Of a stretch of DNA of 64,000 nucleotides, positions 45,843 through 55,360 are shown one piece after another. A model generated the notes under the pieces. It was not told the DNA's origin. It did not search any database and saw only the letters and a program-made list of their open reading frames with translations. How positions within the stretch are numbered: the stretch's first letter is position 1; the number at the start of each line of letters is the position of its first letter. Made by a program: the position numbers and the translations under genes. Origin of the DNA: Flavobacteriales bacterium (GTDB lineage Bacteria; Bacteroidota; Bacteroidia; UBA10329); the NCBI GenBank assembly GCA_044356305.1, contig JBIKWM010000008.1:33947-97946 (forward strand), read 5' to 3'.

Positions 45843-46612
45843 AGCTGAACCTGACGAGGCCGTTGGCCTTTTTTGATCTGGAGACCACTGGCACTCAGGT
45901 GGCTGAGGACCGTATAGTGGAGATTTCCATACTCAAGGTGCACCCCGATGGCCGCGAGGAGGTGCGCACGCATCTGGTCAACCCCACCGTTCCCATACCG
46001 AAAGGAGCTACTGAAGTGCATGGCATAACGGACGATAAGGTGGCCAATGCGCCCACGTTTGCCCAACTGGCCGCTGAGCTGAAACAGTTTCTGAGCGACT
46101 GCGACCTGGGCGGGTTCAATTCCAACCGCTTTGACATACCCCTGCTGGTAGAGGAGTTTTACCGTGCCGGGGTGGAGTTTGAAATGAAAGGCCGCAGGAC
46201 CGTGGATGCGCAGGTGATATTTCACCGCATGGAGGAGCGCACACTGGGTGCCGCCATGAAATTCTACTGCGGCCGCGAGCTGGAAGGGGCCCACAGTGCC
46301 GAGGCCGACATACGTGCCACCTACGAGGTGCTAAAGGCCCAACTGGACCGATATGCTGAACTTAGGAACGATGTGGCCGAGCTGCACGAGTTCTCATCGC
46401 GCGGCAACAAGTTTGTGGACTTTGCGGGCCATGTGGTTCGCGATGCCGAGGGCACCGAGGTGTTCAATTTCGGAAAGCACAAGGGCCGCGCTGTGGCCGA
46501 GGTGTTTGCCAAAGAACCCTCGTACTATGCATGGATGATGGACTCGCAGTTCCCGCATTACACCAAGAAAGTGATAACCGAGATACGGCTGCGCGCACAG
46601 CAACAGGCATGA
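45839..46612 (+). CDS. DEDDh 3'-5' exonuclease (DnaQ/epsilon-like)
   Basis: Exo I FFDLETTG; Exo II FNSNRFDIPLL; Exo III HSAEADIRATYEVL. ATGA overlaps at both ends. Confidence 0.85.
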   Translation: MKLNLTRPLAFFDLETTGTQVAEDRIVEISILKVHPDGREEVRTHLVNPTVPIPKGATEVHGITDDKVANAPTFAQLAAELKQFLSDCDLGGFNSNRFDIPLLVEEFYRAGVEFEMKGRRTVDAQVIFHRMEERTLGAAMKFYCGRELEGAHSAEADIRATYEVLKAQLDRYAELRNDVAELHEFSSRGNKFVDFAGHVVRDAEGTEVFNFGKHKGRAVAEVFAKEPSYYAWMMDSQFPHYTKKVITEIRLRAQQQA

Positions 46613-47220
46613 AGATCATCTGTATAGGTCGCAACTATGCCGACCACGCCAAAGAGCTGAACAACCCGGTGCCCGAGGAACCCATGTTCTTCATAAAGCC
46701 CGACACCGCCCTGCTGCGCAACAACGACCCCTTTGTGATACCCGCATTCACCAAAGACCTGCACTATGAGGTAGAGGTGTTTGTCAAGATAAGGAAGAAG
46801 GGCAAGAACATCAGCGTGAAATTTGCCCCGCAGTACTACTCAGAGGTGGGACTGGGCATCGACCTCACCGCCCGCGATGTGCAGGCCCGCTGCAAAGAGA
46901 AGGGCTGGCCGTGGGAGAAGGCCAAGGCCTTTGACGGCTCGGCACCCGTGAGCGAGACTGTGCCACTGGCCACCACCGGCAACATTGACGGCCTGAGCTT
47001 TGAACTGAAGAAGAACGGTGAGACCGTGCAGCGCGGCTACACGGGTGATATGATCTACTCCATGGACCAGATCATACACCACGCATCCAAGTTCTTTACC
47101 TTGCGCGTGGGCGACCTCATCTTTTCGGGCACCCCGGCCGGGGTGGGCAAACTCGAACCGGGCGACCGCCTCGAAGGCCACCTTGAGGGCCTGAAGATGT
47201 TCGACTTCAAAGTGCGTTGA
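46609..47220 (+). CDS. fumarylacetoacetate hydrolase (FAH) family protein
   Basis: MKIICIGRNYADHAKELNNPVPEEPMFFIKP... Confidence 0.8.
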   Translation: MKIICIGRNYADHAKELNNPVPEEPMFFIKPDTALLRNNDPFVIPAFTKDLHYEVEVFVKIRKKGKNISVKFAPQYYSEVGLGIDLTARDVQARCKEKGWPWEKAKAFDGSAPVSETVPLATTGNIDGLSFELKKNGETVQRGYTGDMIYSMDQIIHHASKFFTLRVGDLIFSGTPAGVGKLEPGDRLEGHLEGLKMFDFKVR

Positions 47221-47363
47221 GGGCCGAACTGGAGCCACAGTACACAAAGCCTTGGTGAATGACCACCGCATTTGCGCGGTCTGCTTCTCTTATGAAGGCA
47301 CAGAGACTTCGTGTGTCATGTTCCGCGTGGGTTATCCTGCGGAACGCAAGAGCGAGCGGGGGG

Positions 47364-48335
47364 CTACTCCCTTTGCACCACAAGTTTACGCACTGCCACG
47401 GCACCGTTCTCAAACTGTGCTCGCACCATGTACACCCCAATGTTAAGGCCACTTACATCTATCTCCCGCACCGCACCGCCATGGCTTTGCAGATCCCGCC
47501 CGCTCAGGTCATTTATGGCCACTGTGTTTATTCGCCTGTTGCTATTGTGGCTTATGGCCACAGTTGTTGTGGCGGGGTTGGGGTAGATATCAAAGCCATA
47601 CATTTCGCTGTCTTTGACACCGTTGGGTAGTTCTATACGCCTGACGGAAACATCGTCAATAAAGTAATATGCAATTCCAGAAATTATACTTGTGTCGTTG
47701 ATAACATCTGTATCCTCATCCGTACTAAAATTCCCGATGGTTAAAAAAGATTCAGCCCCACTGGCAACGTACAGTGCATCAAAATTATACCATAAACCAG
47801 ATTCCTGCATAAATTCAATTCCTGGCCCAATTATTTGAGGTGCCACAGGCAAGAGAGGAAAGCTGCCAGTATCGGAATAAACTGGTTGTGAAGAAAAATG
47901 CATACCGATGGATTTAATGGCAGGTGCAACGTTACATGACTTTGAAATATGCATTTTAACCCTATAAGTACATCCATAAATTAAGGTTTCCTTTAGTTTA
48001 TTCGAAACATATTCTCGGCCATTTCCTGACCGTGAATAAACAATGAGACCAATCATGCCATCACCTGAATTGGTCATGTTAACGTTACAATCCATTGCCG
48101 GAATACCCACATATGGATTCATTTCATTTGCACATAAATTAAAATAATCCGGAGTGCCAGTTGTTGGGTTGTACCAATGTAACAATTTATCCACTTCACT
48201 AGGTACAAAAGGAGGACTAATTTGAGTTGGACATTCATAATACTCCTCAAATCCACCATTAGGGACAAGATTGGGTTCTTGCGAAAACCCTTTATCCGCG
48301 GCCAACAATAGACCAATAATTATTATTGCTCTCAT
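47364..48335 (-). CDS. T9SS cargo protein, CBM4/9-like N-terminal domain, type-A CTD (duplicate copy 1)
   Basis: Signal peptide. QEPNLVPNGGFEEY start typical of CBM_4_9. C-terminal ...YPNPATTTVAISHNSNRRINTV...GVYMVRAQFENG. Confidence 0.75.
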   Translation of the reverse strand: MRAIIIIGLLLAADKGFSQEPNLVPNGGFEEYYECPTQISPPFVPSEVDKLLHWYNPTTGTPDYFNLCANEMNPYVGIPAMDCNVNMTNSGDGMIGLIVYSRSGNGREYVSNKLKETLIYGCTYRVKMHISKSCNVAPAIKSIGMHFSSQPVYSDTGSFPLLPVAPQIIGPGIEFMQESGLWYNFDALYVASGAESFLTIGNFSTDEDTDVINDTSIISGIAYYFIDDVSVRRIELPNGVKDSEMYGFDIYPNPATTTVAISHNSNRRINTVAINDLSGRDLQSHGGAVREIDVSGLNIGVYMVRAQFENGAVAVRKLVVQRE

Positions 48336-48820
48336 GGTGCCAAAATAAACTTACTCGTGATTCCTGAGATTTGAATAAAGTAAACCCCACCAGCAAAGCC
48401 GTTAAGTTCTAACTTAGTTTGGCCACAATTTAGAATATTACGCTCTATAACGTGACCTAAGGGATTAGTGATCACATATTCAAACTTCTCTTCTGATACG
48501 CAACCTTCAACTCCGACCCATACGTGACGAGTAGTTGGGTTAGGATATACTATGACCTTAATGGACGATTCATCATCGTCAGTCACAGGAACTAAGTCGT
48601 CTTGTCCTCTTCTTTCAGAAGGTGGTTCTGTCAATAACTCACATTCATTGATCCATTCCCTATGCACCAATGTATCACGAGCAGAAAGTACTGCCCTTGC
48701 CAGATAAACTGAACTTCCTGAATCAAGCGGGCAAGCCGATGCCAAGGATTCGAGCCATGGCAGATCGACACTGTCGGGCATGGTGTTCTCTGACCAATGT
48801 GTGATGTTATAGGCCATCAT
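48332..48820 (-). CDS. CTD-only ORF (T9SS sorting domain without signal peptide); possible gene fragment
   Basis: C-terminal ...VIVYPNPTTRHVWV...GGVYFIQI. No N-terminal signal. 4-nt overlap with the downstream cargo gene. Confidence 0.5.
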   Translation of the reverse strand: MMAYNITHWSENTMPDSVDLPWLESLASACPLDSGSSVYLARAVLSARDTLVHREWINECELLTEPPSERRGQDDLVPVTDDDESSIKVIVYPNPTTRHVWVGVEGCVSEEKFEYVITNPLGHVIERNILNCGQTKLELNGFAGGVYFIQISGITSKFILAP

Positions 48821-48859
48821 CCTGGTTAAGGTACGTTCAGCATCATAAACTACAGGTTG

Positions 48860-49804
48860 CTACTCCCTCTGCACCACAAGTTTACGCACCGCCACGGCAC
48901 CGTTCTCAAACTGTGCTCGCGCCATGTACACCCCATTGTTAAGGCCACTCACATCTATCTCCCGCACCGCACCGCCATGGCTTTGCAGATCCCGCCCACT
49001 CAGGTCAGTTATGGTTACAGTACTTATTCGCCTGTTGCTTTTGTGGCTTATGGCCACAGTTGTTGTGGTGGGGTTGGGGTAAAGTTCAAAGTTCAGTTGC
49101 TCATAATCTTTTATTCTATTGGGTGGATCTACACGTTTGACTGAGACATCGTCTATGAAGTAATAGGCCATTTGCAATCCACCGGGCAATAACTGAAATG
49201 GCGTTTCACTATCCAATAAAAAATTGCCTATTGTCAGGAACAACTCCCCTCCATTTGCAAGCAGGGTATCAATATACTCAAACCAATGGTGGACATCACT
49301 GAGTATAACAGAAGGATCATGATTTAGAGATGGTGTTAAACTCAATGTTGAATGATCAACATTCATTTCTGAAATTGAATCAATTGAAAAGTGAGTTCCA
49401 AATGAACCAATATATCCGATACAACATGTAGATATTGGTCTCAATTGGACTGAAGTTTCATAGTACTGGTTGTAAAGCAAAGGCTCAGTTAATTTAGTAG
49501 ATAAATATTCTTTAACGCCATATAAGCCAAGGCCAATCATTCCATTTCCCTCATATGGATAAACTGAATTACTCCCGAAATTGCAAGGGACTCCGTAATC
49601 GGAAATTATTTCATTTGCACAGATATGAAATAATTCAGGTGTACAATTCGAAGGAATAAACCAACTTGCAGCAAAGGCCCCTTGGCCTCCTTGAGAAGGA
49701 CATTGTATATATTCTTCAAACCCACCATTTGGCACTAAATTGGGTTCTTGTGCGGTACAGAACCCAAAAAAAGAAGAAAAGCACATTAAGGACACCTTTC
49801 TCAT
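48860..49804 (-). CDS. T9SS cargo protein paralogue (duplicate copy 2)
   Basis: Start ATG 49804 (MRKVSLMCFSSFFGFCTAQEPNLVPNGGFEEY). The 3' 230 nt are ~95% identical to 47364-47640. Confidence 0.75.
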   Translation of the reverse strand: MRKVSLMCFSSFFGFCTAQEPNLVPNGGFEEYIQCPSQGGQGAFAASWFIPSNCTPELFHICANEIISDYGVPCNFGSNSVYPYEGNGMIGLGLYGVKEYLSTKLTEPLLYNQYYETSVQLRPISTCCIGYIGSFGTHFSIDSISEMNVDHSTLSLTPSLNHDPSVILSDVHHWFEYIDTLLANGGELFLTIGNFLLDSETPFQLLPGGLQMAYYFIDDVSVKRVDPPNRIKDYEQLNFELYPNPTTTTVAISHKSNRRISTVTITDLSGRDLQSHGGAVREIDVSGLNNGVYMARAQFENGAVAVRKLVVQRE

Positions 49805-49945
49805 GGCACCAAAATAATTTTGTTGGTGACCCCTGAGATTTGAATAAAATACAATCCCCCCGGCCCGCGCGAGTGTTCCGTAGGACCACTCGTGTGGTGT
49901 GGAACACGATCGGTCTGTGACCGATCTAACAACTAGGCATTCCAT
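49805..49945 (-). pseudogene. degraded remnant of a second CTD-only ORF
   Basis: Reverse strand encodes ...GGIVFYSNL.., aligning with the GGVYFIQISGITSKF tail of 48332..48820. Flanking nt similarity exists (tgagatttgaataaa). Confidence 0.4.
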
Positions 49946-50171
49946 ACATCCATTGTTTCAGTAGGTGAGCAGTACATCAAGCAGGCCCGGAAGGTCGGCA
50001 TAATTCCCTGCGCTGCGGTAGAGGCAGTGTTCGGGCTGTTGTAGTATTCCCTCTTTCACCGGGTTGTTGTGCATGTGGTCCAACTTCTGTTGAATGACCT
50101 CTGAACTGAACACCTCGATCCCTCACACCGCCCAGCGTGAAATCCTCGTTGCGGGTGGTGCCGGGGCATGG

Positions 50172-51125
50172 CTACACCGTAAGGCTCAGCCGCGTTGTTG
50201 CCCCGCTCTCGTTCACAACTGTGATGTGGCGGTGGGTGGTGTAGTCGGTTATACCGAATGCGGCTGCGGCAAAGCGCAGGTCGGCATCGGTGTTAACCAC
50301 CACCGGGGTGCTGTCTACCCCGCCCGGTGTGGAGGCCAGGAAGATGTGTACACGGCCTGGGCCGGTGAGTTTGGCGCGCAGCTCGTCATCGGCCAGCAGG
50401 GTGCGTGTGGCCACATCGTGCCGCTCGGCCACGTCAAGGCTCATGGTGAAGGTCTGCTGCTCGGGGTTGCGGAGGGTCTCGAGGTCGAAGATGGCGTTGC
50501 AGAGCATCTCGCGGTCATCGAAGTAGGCGTCAATCACCACGCCCATGTTGCGGTACTGCATGTTCATGGCGGCCAGGCGGGCGGCCTCCACGGCTCCGCT
50601 GTTAACCAGTTTTCCACCCTTGGCACCCTCCTGGGCGGTGCGGGCGGCCACCAGGGCCGAGTGGGTGCTGTCCACCGCAGTCTTCACTGCGGCCAGGGCC
50701 ACATCGGTGCCAATGGCATTGCTCAGGTCTTGGAATGCATCGATGCGAAGTTCCAGCCCGCCCTGGCGGAAGGGCTTGCGACCGTTGGGGAAAATGCCCC
50801 TGTAGCGGGCGGTGGTCTTGGGGTACACCACCTGCACCTGCACATCCCACCCATCGAGGTCGAGCATGGCCTGGTCCATAAGCTGGCGCACCGTGAGGGT
50901 CTCTTCCTCCTGGGTGCCGCCTGCTGTGCGCCATGCACTGTAGCCGTTCATGAGCGCCAGGTGCAGCGGGTGGTAGCGGGTGTAAAGCGGGGCCAGCAGC
51001 GGGTAGGTGGTCTGGGCCGAGAGCAGCCGTGCATCGTGAAAGTGGCTCAGCTTGACGGCCTTCTTGTAGCTGGTCTCGGTTTCGGAATCGAACTGATTGC
51101 CGATGTATTTCCAGGGTTGTTCCAT
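50172..51125 (-). CDS. hypothetical protein
   Basis: 317-aa ORF with ordinary composition. The overlapping + ORF 50094..51155 is G/H/V/A-rich antisense artefact. Confidence 0.6.
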   Translation of the reverse strand: MEQPWKYIGNQFDSETETSYKKAVKLSHFHDARLLSAQTTYPLLAPLYTRYHPLHLALMNGYSAWRTAGGTQEEETLTVRQLMDQAMLDLDGWDVQVQVVYPKTTARYRGIFPNGRKPFRQGGLELRIDAFQDLSNAIGTDVALAAVKTAVDSTHSALVAARTAQEGAKGGKLVNSGAVEAARLAAMNMQYRNMGVVIDAYFDDREMLCNAIFDLETLRNPEQQTFTMSLDVAERHDVATRTLLADDELRAKLTGPGRVHIFLASTPGGVDSTPVVVNTDADLRFAAAAFGITDYTTHRHITVVNESGATTRLSLTV

Positions 51126-51227
51126 GGCTTGATGGTCTTTAGTGATGAGTTATGATGGTCAGGTATTGATACAGCAGTAAAAAGCGGTGTCTGCGCCCGG
51201 GCCGTGTCCGAGCGGTTGTGCCTCGGC

Positions 51228-51521
51228 CGTGGCAGTGCCAATGGAGTTCTCCCTTAGGGGTGAAACGGTCGTGGCAGTGCCAATGGAGTTCTCCCTTACC
51301 AGTGAAACGGCTGTGGCAGTGCCAATGGAGTTCTCCCTTACCAGTGAAACGGTCGTGGCAGTGCCAATGGAGTTCTCCCTACCAGTGAAACGGTCGTGGC
51401 AGTGCCAATGGAGTTCTCCCTTACCATTGAAACGGTCGTGGCAGTGCCAATGGAGTTCTCCCTTACCAGTGAAACGGTTGTGGCAGTGCCAATGGAGTTC
51501 TCCCTTACCAGTGAAACGGCT
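51228..51521. repeat. 42-nt tandem minisatellite, about 7 copies
   Basis: Unit gtggcagtgccaatggagttctcccttaccagtgaaacggtc. One unit has a 1-nt deletion that breaks any reading frame. Confidence 0.85.
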
Positions 51522-51590
51522 GTGAAGGTGCCTGAGCCAAAAGGTGCGGCCAGTGTAAGGCCTGCATAGAAGGAATGGTTGTTCAGAGAA

Positions 51591-51611
51591 TCTCTCTCTC
51601 TCTCTCTCTCT
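51591..51611. repeat. (TC)10 dinucleotide microsatellite
   Basis: aatctctctctctctctctctcttt, directly 3' of the minisatellite. Confidence 0.85.
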
Positions 51612-51777
51612 TTACGGCCACGCGGGTTTCAGCGCGTTGGGCTGATCTGTGAAGGCCCTTAGCTTCAATATGATATGAGAATGAAGCGGCCATTTCTGTG
51701 GGGCGAAATGTATGGGTTTTTCAAACATCTGCAACAAAATGGAAATATTTTTTCAGCACTGTGCCCACTTGGCCCTT

Positions 51778-52227
51778 TCACCCCCTGCGCATGGCCACGA
51801 GGCGGTGGCCCATCAGCGGGCCGAGCCAGGTATTGAAAAGGTCTCTCCGCCTGATGATGGTGGGGTGGCAGGCCCCGCACAGGGCGAATCCTATCCGACC
51901 ATAAAAACCCTCGAGTCCGGGCTTGCAGAGCAGGTACACATCGGTGTACTGGCCTAGCACCCCGTGCAGCAGGGTGGTGGAGAGGCCCTGGCCCCTGTGG
52001 GCGGGGTAGGTGTAAACGGTGCCCAGCTCGGTGATGCCGCCCATGCGCTTGATGGTGACGAATGTGGCCATGGAGCCATCGGGCGCGGTGAGGTAGTAGA
52101 GGTCGGAGTTGAGCAGGATGGCCAATGGGTCGAGGGTGGGGGTGTGGCGCACAATGGTGGCCACGGCCCGCGGGTGGCGCAGCACCTTGGAGCGGATGGG
52201 CCCCACCGCTGCCCGGCCGGCCGTCAT
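51778..52227 (-). CDS. GNAT-family N-acetyltransferase
   Basis: Start ATG 52227 (MTAGRAAV...). The track extends it with a TTG start through the upstream gene's 3' end. Motif A-like YPAHRGQGLSTTLL. Confidence 0.65.
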   Translation of the reverse strand: MTAGRAAVGPIRSKVLRHPRAVATIVRHTPTLDPLAILLNSDLYYLTAPDGSMATFVTIKRMGGITELGTVYTYPAHRGQGLSTTLLHGVLGQYTDVYLLCKPGLEGFYGRIGFALCGACHPTIIRRRDLFNTWLGPLMGHRLVAMRRG

Positions 52228-54608
52228 GGCCTGATGAGCACCACCTTGCCGCTGCGGGTGGCCCCAGCGCCTGTGAGCGTCACGCGGTAGAGGCCCGCAG
52301 CCCCGGCACAGAGGTCGATGGTCAGGGAGCGCTGATCGGGACGGATGGGATGCACGCTCACTGTGCGGCCGTTCAGATCGGTGAGGGTAAGCCTGTCTGC
52401 GGGGCCAGACCAATGCACACTCACGGGCCCGGTGGTGGGGTTGGGCCCCAGGCGCAGCCCTTCGGTGGCGGCCATGCCGATGGTGCTCGAATAGTCGCGC
52501 TGCGCCAGTGCGTATTGGCCCAATCTGACCGAATCGACCTCGACCTCGCCCCGTTTGTTGGTGGTGCTGGTGCCGGGTATGAGGGTCTGGTGGGGTGCCA
52601 GGGCCCAGTGGTGGCCCGGCCCGGGGCGGTAGATTATCACGAGGCTGTCCTCATCGAACGTGATCAGGTCGTTGTCCATATACCCGCTGGTGGTGCTGGT
52701 GGTGCCATCGTACTTGAACTTGGCGCGGCCCACCAGGGTGGGGTCCATCTCGCCCTCTATGGTCCAGTAATGGTAGGGGTTGATGGTGTGGCCGAATATT
52801 GGCCCGCTGATGGGGTCGGGGCTTACAAAGTGGTCGCTCACGCGCAGGGTGCTGGGGCCTGCGGGCACCGAATCGACCCGGATGCTCACATTGGTGTTCT
52901 CGAAGGTGGTGATGCCGGTGGTGCCGATCACCTTTTCGCGGTCGGCCACGGCATCGCTCAGTTTCTCATCGCGGTCAATGGTGACCCACGTGGGGTTGAA
53001 AGCTGTGACCACCTGATGCACGGCCGTGGGCGCACTGATGGGCAGCCAGAAGGTCTGCTGCTGAGTGCCGCTAACGAGCTGCACGGGCACCAGCGCATCG
53101 TACACGTGGCTGTTGCCACGGCTCTTCTGCCGCAGGTGCAGGGTGACGAGGTACGAGCCGGGCACCTCATCATCGACCGAGAAACTGTCCACCTCAAAAT
53201 GCGGGAAACCGGGCTGAAACACCCATCCATCGAAGAAACCGTGCAGGTCGGTGCCGGTGGCCACCTCCATCACATCGCGCAGGTCGTAGCTGGTGGCATT
53301 GCCAAAGGCGAGGCTGTCCATGTACCTGCGGCACCCGATAAAGTAGAGCGAGTCGCCCAGGTGGCCGCGCAGGGTGTGGGCCACGCCCGGGCCTTTCTCA
53401 TACACCGTGCTGCCGTAGGTCACCGCGTGCGGCACGGCATTCATGGCATAGTAGGCCCCGTCACTGATATGGGTGAACTGGAGCACCTTGCGGTGGTTGT
53501 TGCGGATAAAGCTCCTGTAGGCATCGGTGCCATATACGGCCTCGGTGAACAGGGCCTCGGCATACACCGCAAACCCCTCGTTGAGCCACATGTCCTCGGC
53601 TGTCTGGCACGTGACCAGGTCGCCCCACCACATGTGCGAGAGCTCGTGGGCCCAGAGGGTCTCAAAGTCGAGGCTGCCATTGACAAACGGCTTGCCGATG
53701 TGGATGCTGCTGGCGTGCTCCATGGCGCCCGAGTTGAACGGAACGAGCGAGTAGCCTATGCGCGGCCAGCGGTAGGGCCCGAAGCGGTCGGTGAAGGTCT
53801 GCACCGCCTCGGGCATGTGCTGGAAAGTGCTGAGCACGGCATTGGTGTCGGTGGGCAGGCAGGCCCAAACGGTGGGTATGCCATCGTACTGCCGCTCGAG
53901 CCAGTGGTAGGGTGCCACGGCCATGCAGGCCAGGTAGGTGGGCATGGTCTGGTCTATGTGCCAATGGTGCACTGATGCGCCCCAGGGCAGGGTCTGCACA
54001 CTGTCGCGCAGGCCGTTGCAGAAGGCCGAGCTGCCCGCAGGGGCCTTGATGTGAAAGGCGTAGGTGGAGCGGTCGGTGAACACATCGTTGCACGGGAACC
54101 ACGCCCGGCCGAACACGTGGGGGTCCACATCGAACCCGACCCCGAGGTTGAAGGCATAGGCCCCGTTCCAATAGAACCCGCCCCAGCCGCTGGGGTCCTG
54201 TGCGGGCTGGCCGCGGTAGTGCACATGCAGCGTGTCGGTCTGGCCCATGCTCATGGCCGCGGGCAGGTCTATGCTCAGCACGTTGCCGGTGTGGTTGTAC
54301 ACCAGGGGGCCCGTGCTGTGGGTGACGCTGTCGGTCAGCGGACCCTCGAGGCTGAGCACCAGTTGCGTGAGGCCGGGGGCCGCAGCGCTGAACACGATGC
54401 TGGTGTGCCCACCCAGCAGGTGTGTGGTGAAGTTGAGCGTGTCAACGGTGATGTCGTAATGCAGCACATCCACCTGTGCTGTGCCGCCCCCGCCCATGCG
54501 GCACTGCGCAGATCGGCCATGCCTGCACGACCCCGGTCCCTGATACGATTGTGCGTGTGCACTGAGGCCGACCGCCATCAGCCCCATCAGAATGTAAAAT
54601 GACTTCAT
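52224..54608 (-). CDS. secreted M1-family zinc metallopeptidase with T9SS C-terminal sorting domain
   Basis: Start ATG 54608 with signal peptide MKSFYILMGLMAVGLSAHAQ. GAMEH. HELSHMWWGD...x18...NEGFAVY. CTD-like C-terminus. Confidence 0.85.
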   Translation of the reverse strand: MKSFYILMGLMAVGLSAHAQSYQGPGSCRHGRSAQCRMGGGGTAQVDVLHYDITVDTLNFTTHLLGGHTSIVFSAAAPGLTQLVLSLEGPLTDSVTHSTGPLVYNHTGNVLSIDLPAAMSMGQTDTLHVHYRGQPAQDPSGWGGFYWNGAYAFNLGVGFDVDPHVFGRAWFPCNDVFTDRSTYAFHIKAPAGSSAFCNGLRDSVQTLPWGASVHHWHIDQTMPTYLACMAVAPYHWLERQYDGIPTVWACLPTDTNAVLSTFQHMPEAVQTFTDRFGPYRWPRIGYSLVPFNSGAMEHASSIHIGKPFVNGSLDFETLWAHELSHMWWGDLVTCQTAEDMWLNEGFAVYAEALFTEAVYGTDAYRSFIRNNHRKVLQFTHISDGAYYAMNAVPHAVTYGSTVYEKGPGVAHTLRGHLGDSLYFIGCRRYMDSLAFGNATSYDLRDVMEVATGTDLHGFFDGWVFQPGFPHFEVDSFSVDDEVPGSYLVTLHLRQKSRGNSHVYDALVPVQLVSGTQQQTFWLPISAPTAVHQVVTAFNPTWVTIDRDEKLSDAVADREKVIGTTGITTFENTNVSIRVDSVPAGPSTLRVSDHFVSPDPISGPIFGHTINPYHYWTIEGEMDPTLVGRAKFKYDGTTSTTSGYMDNDLITFDEDSLVIIYRPGPGHHWALAPHQTLIPGTSTTNKRGEVEVDSVRLGQYALAQRDYSSTIGMAATEGLRLGPNPTTGPVSVHWSGPADRLTLTDLNGRTVSVHPIRPDQRSLTIDLCAGAAGLYRVTLTGAGATRSGKVVLIRP

Positions 54609-54734
54609 GTACAGATGCTTGATGGGGCCAAGGTAGCAGTGTATAGCCACGCAACCGCACAGATTCGCCCTGCCCATTACACCAGACCGTGACCTTCCGA
54701 TTAACTTTGTTCAACCTATCCTATTCACCAGCAC

Positions 54735-54968
54735 ATGAACGCACGAGAAGAACTGCACCGGGTCATTGACTCAATTGAAGATGAAAAGACCGTGGAAGGA
54801 TATCTCGAGCTTATCAGGTCAATCATTCGCGAACAGCGCGGAGGGCTCATATCGTCACTTTCTGCTGCACAGCGATCTGAGCTTTATGCGAGTTGGGCCG
54901 AGAGTGAGACGGATATGGTGGAAAGGACCACTGCCATGGTCATGGCAAGGTTCGAATCGTTGAGATGA
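54735..54968 (+). CDS. putative antitoxin of the ParE/RelE pair
   Basis: 77 aa; 4-nt overlap with the toxin gene. Confidence 0.55.
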   Translation: MNAREELHRVIDSIEDEKTVEGYLELIRSIIREQRGGLISSLSAAQRSELYASWAESETDMVERTTAMVMARFESLR

Positions 54969-55249
54969 AGGTAATCTGGACCCCGAAGGCCGAGAAGAGC
55001 TTGGTCGAGGTGGTGGAATTCCTTACAGAGCATTGGGGCATAAAGGCAGCGCGCTCCTTTGTCCTTCTGACTGAGGACCTCACAGATAAGCTATCCAGAT
55101 TCCCCGAACTCGGTCCGGTTGAAGATGAGGAAAAGGGTATAAGGGGAATACTTCTGACCCCGCACAACAGGCTGTTCTATCGTATCAAAGGAGAGGCCGT
55201 TGTGATTCTATCGGTGTTCGACACACGGTCCGAAAGGCCGAAGTTCTGA
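54965..55249 (+). CDS. type II toxin, ParE/RelE family
   Basis: 94 aa, MKVIWTPKAEKSL...LFYRIKGEAVVILSVFDTR typical ParE/RelE. Confidence 0.75.
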   Translation: MKVIWTPKAEKSLVEVVEFLTEHWGIKAARSFVLLTEDLTDKLSRFPELGPVEDEEKGIRGILLTPHNRLFYRIKGEAVVILSVFDTRSERPKF

Positions 55250-55360
55250 AGTACCGAATACTATAAAGGAGAAGCCATTGTCCGCGCAATTGTTTGCACG
55301 GGCCCATCGCTCTTCACGCCCCTCGAACATAATAGTCGGAGAAAGGCCTTTGCCTGATGA

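Noticed and set aside
50094-51155. 353-aa + strand ORF overlapping the minus-strand gene 50172..51125
   Set aside because: Extremely G/H/V/A-rich composition typical of the antisense frame of a GC-rich gene. The minus-strand ORF has ordinary composition.
51228-51521. Possible CRISPR array
   Set aside because: Repeats are directly abutting with no unique spacers. There are no cas genes nearby.
51187-51525. 112-aa + ORF translating the 42-nt minisatellite (VAVPMEFSLTSET repeats)
   Set aside because: One 41-nt unit shifts the frame, so the peptide repeat is not maintained. There is no start context. Treated as non-coding repeat.
52125-53975. 616-aa + strand ORF
   Set aside because: Antisense of the M1 peptidase gene. 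Gly/His/Val-rich and lacks motifs. The peptidase frame carries the HExxH…E and GAMEH motifs.
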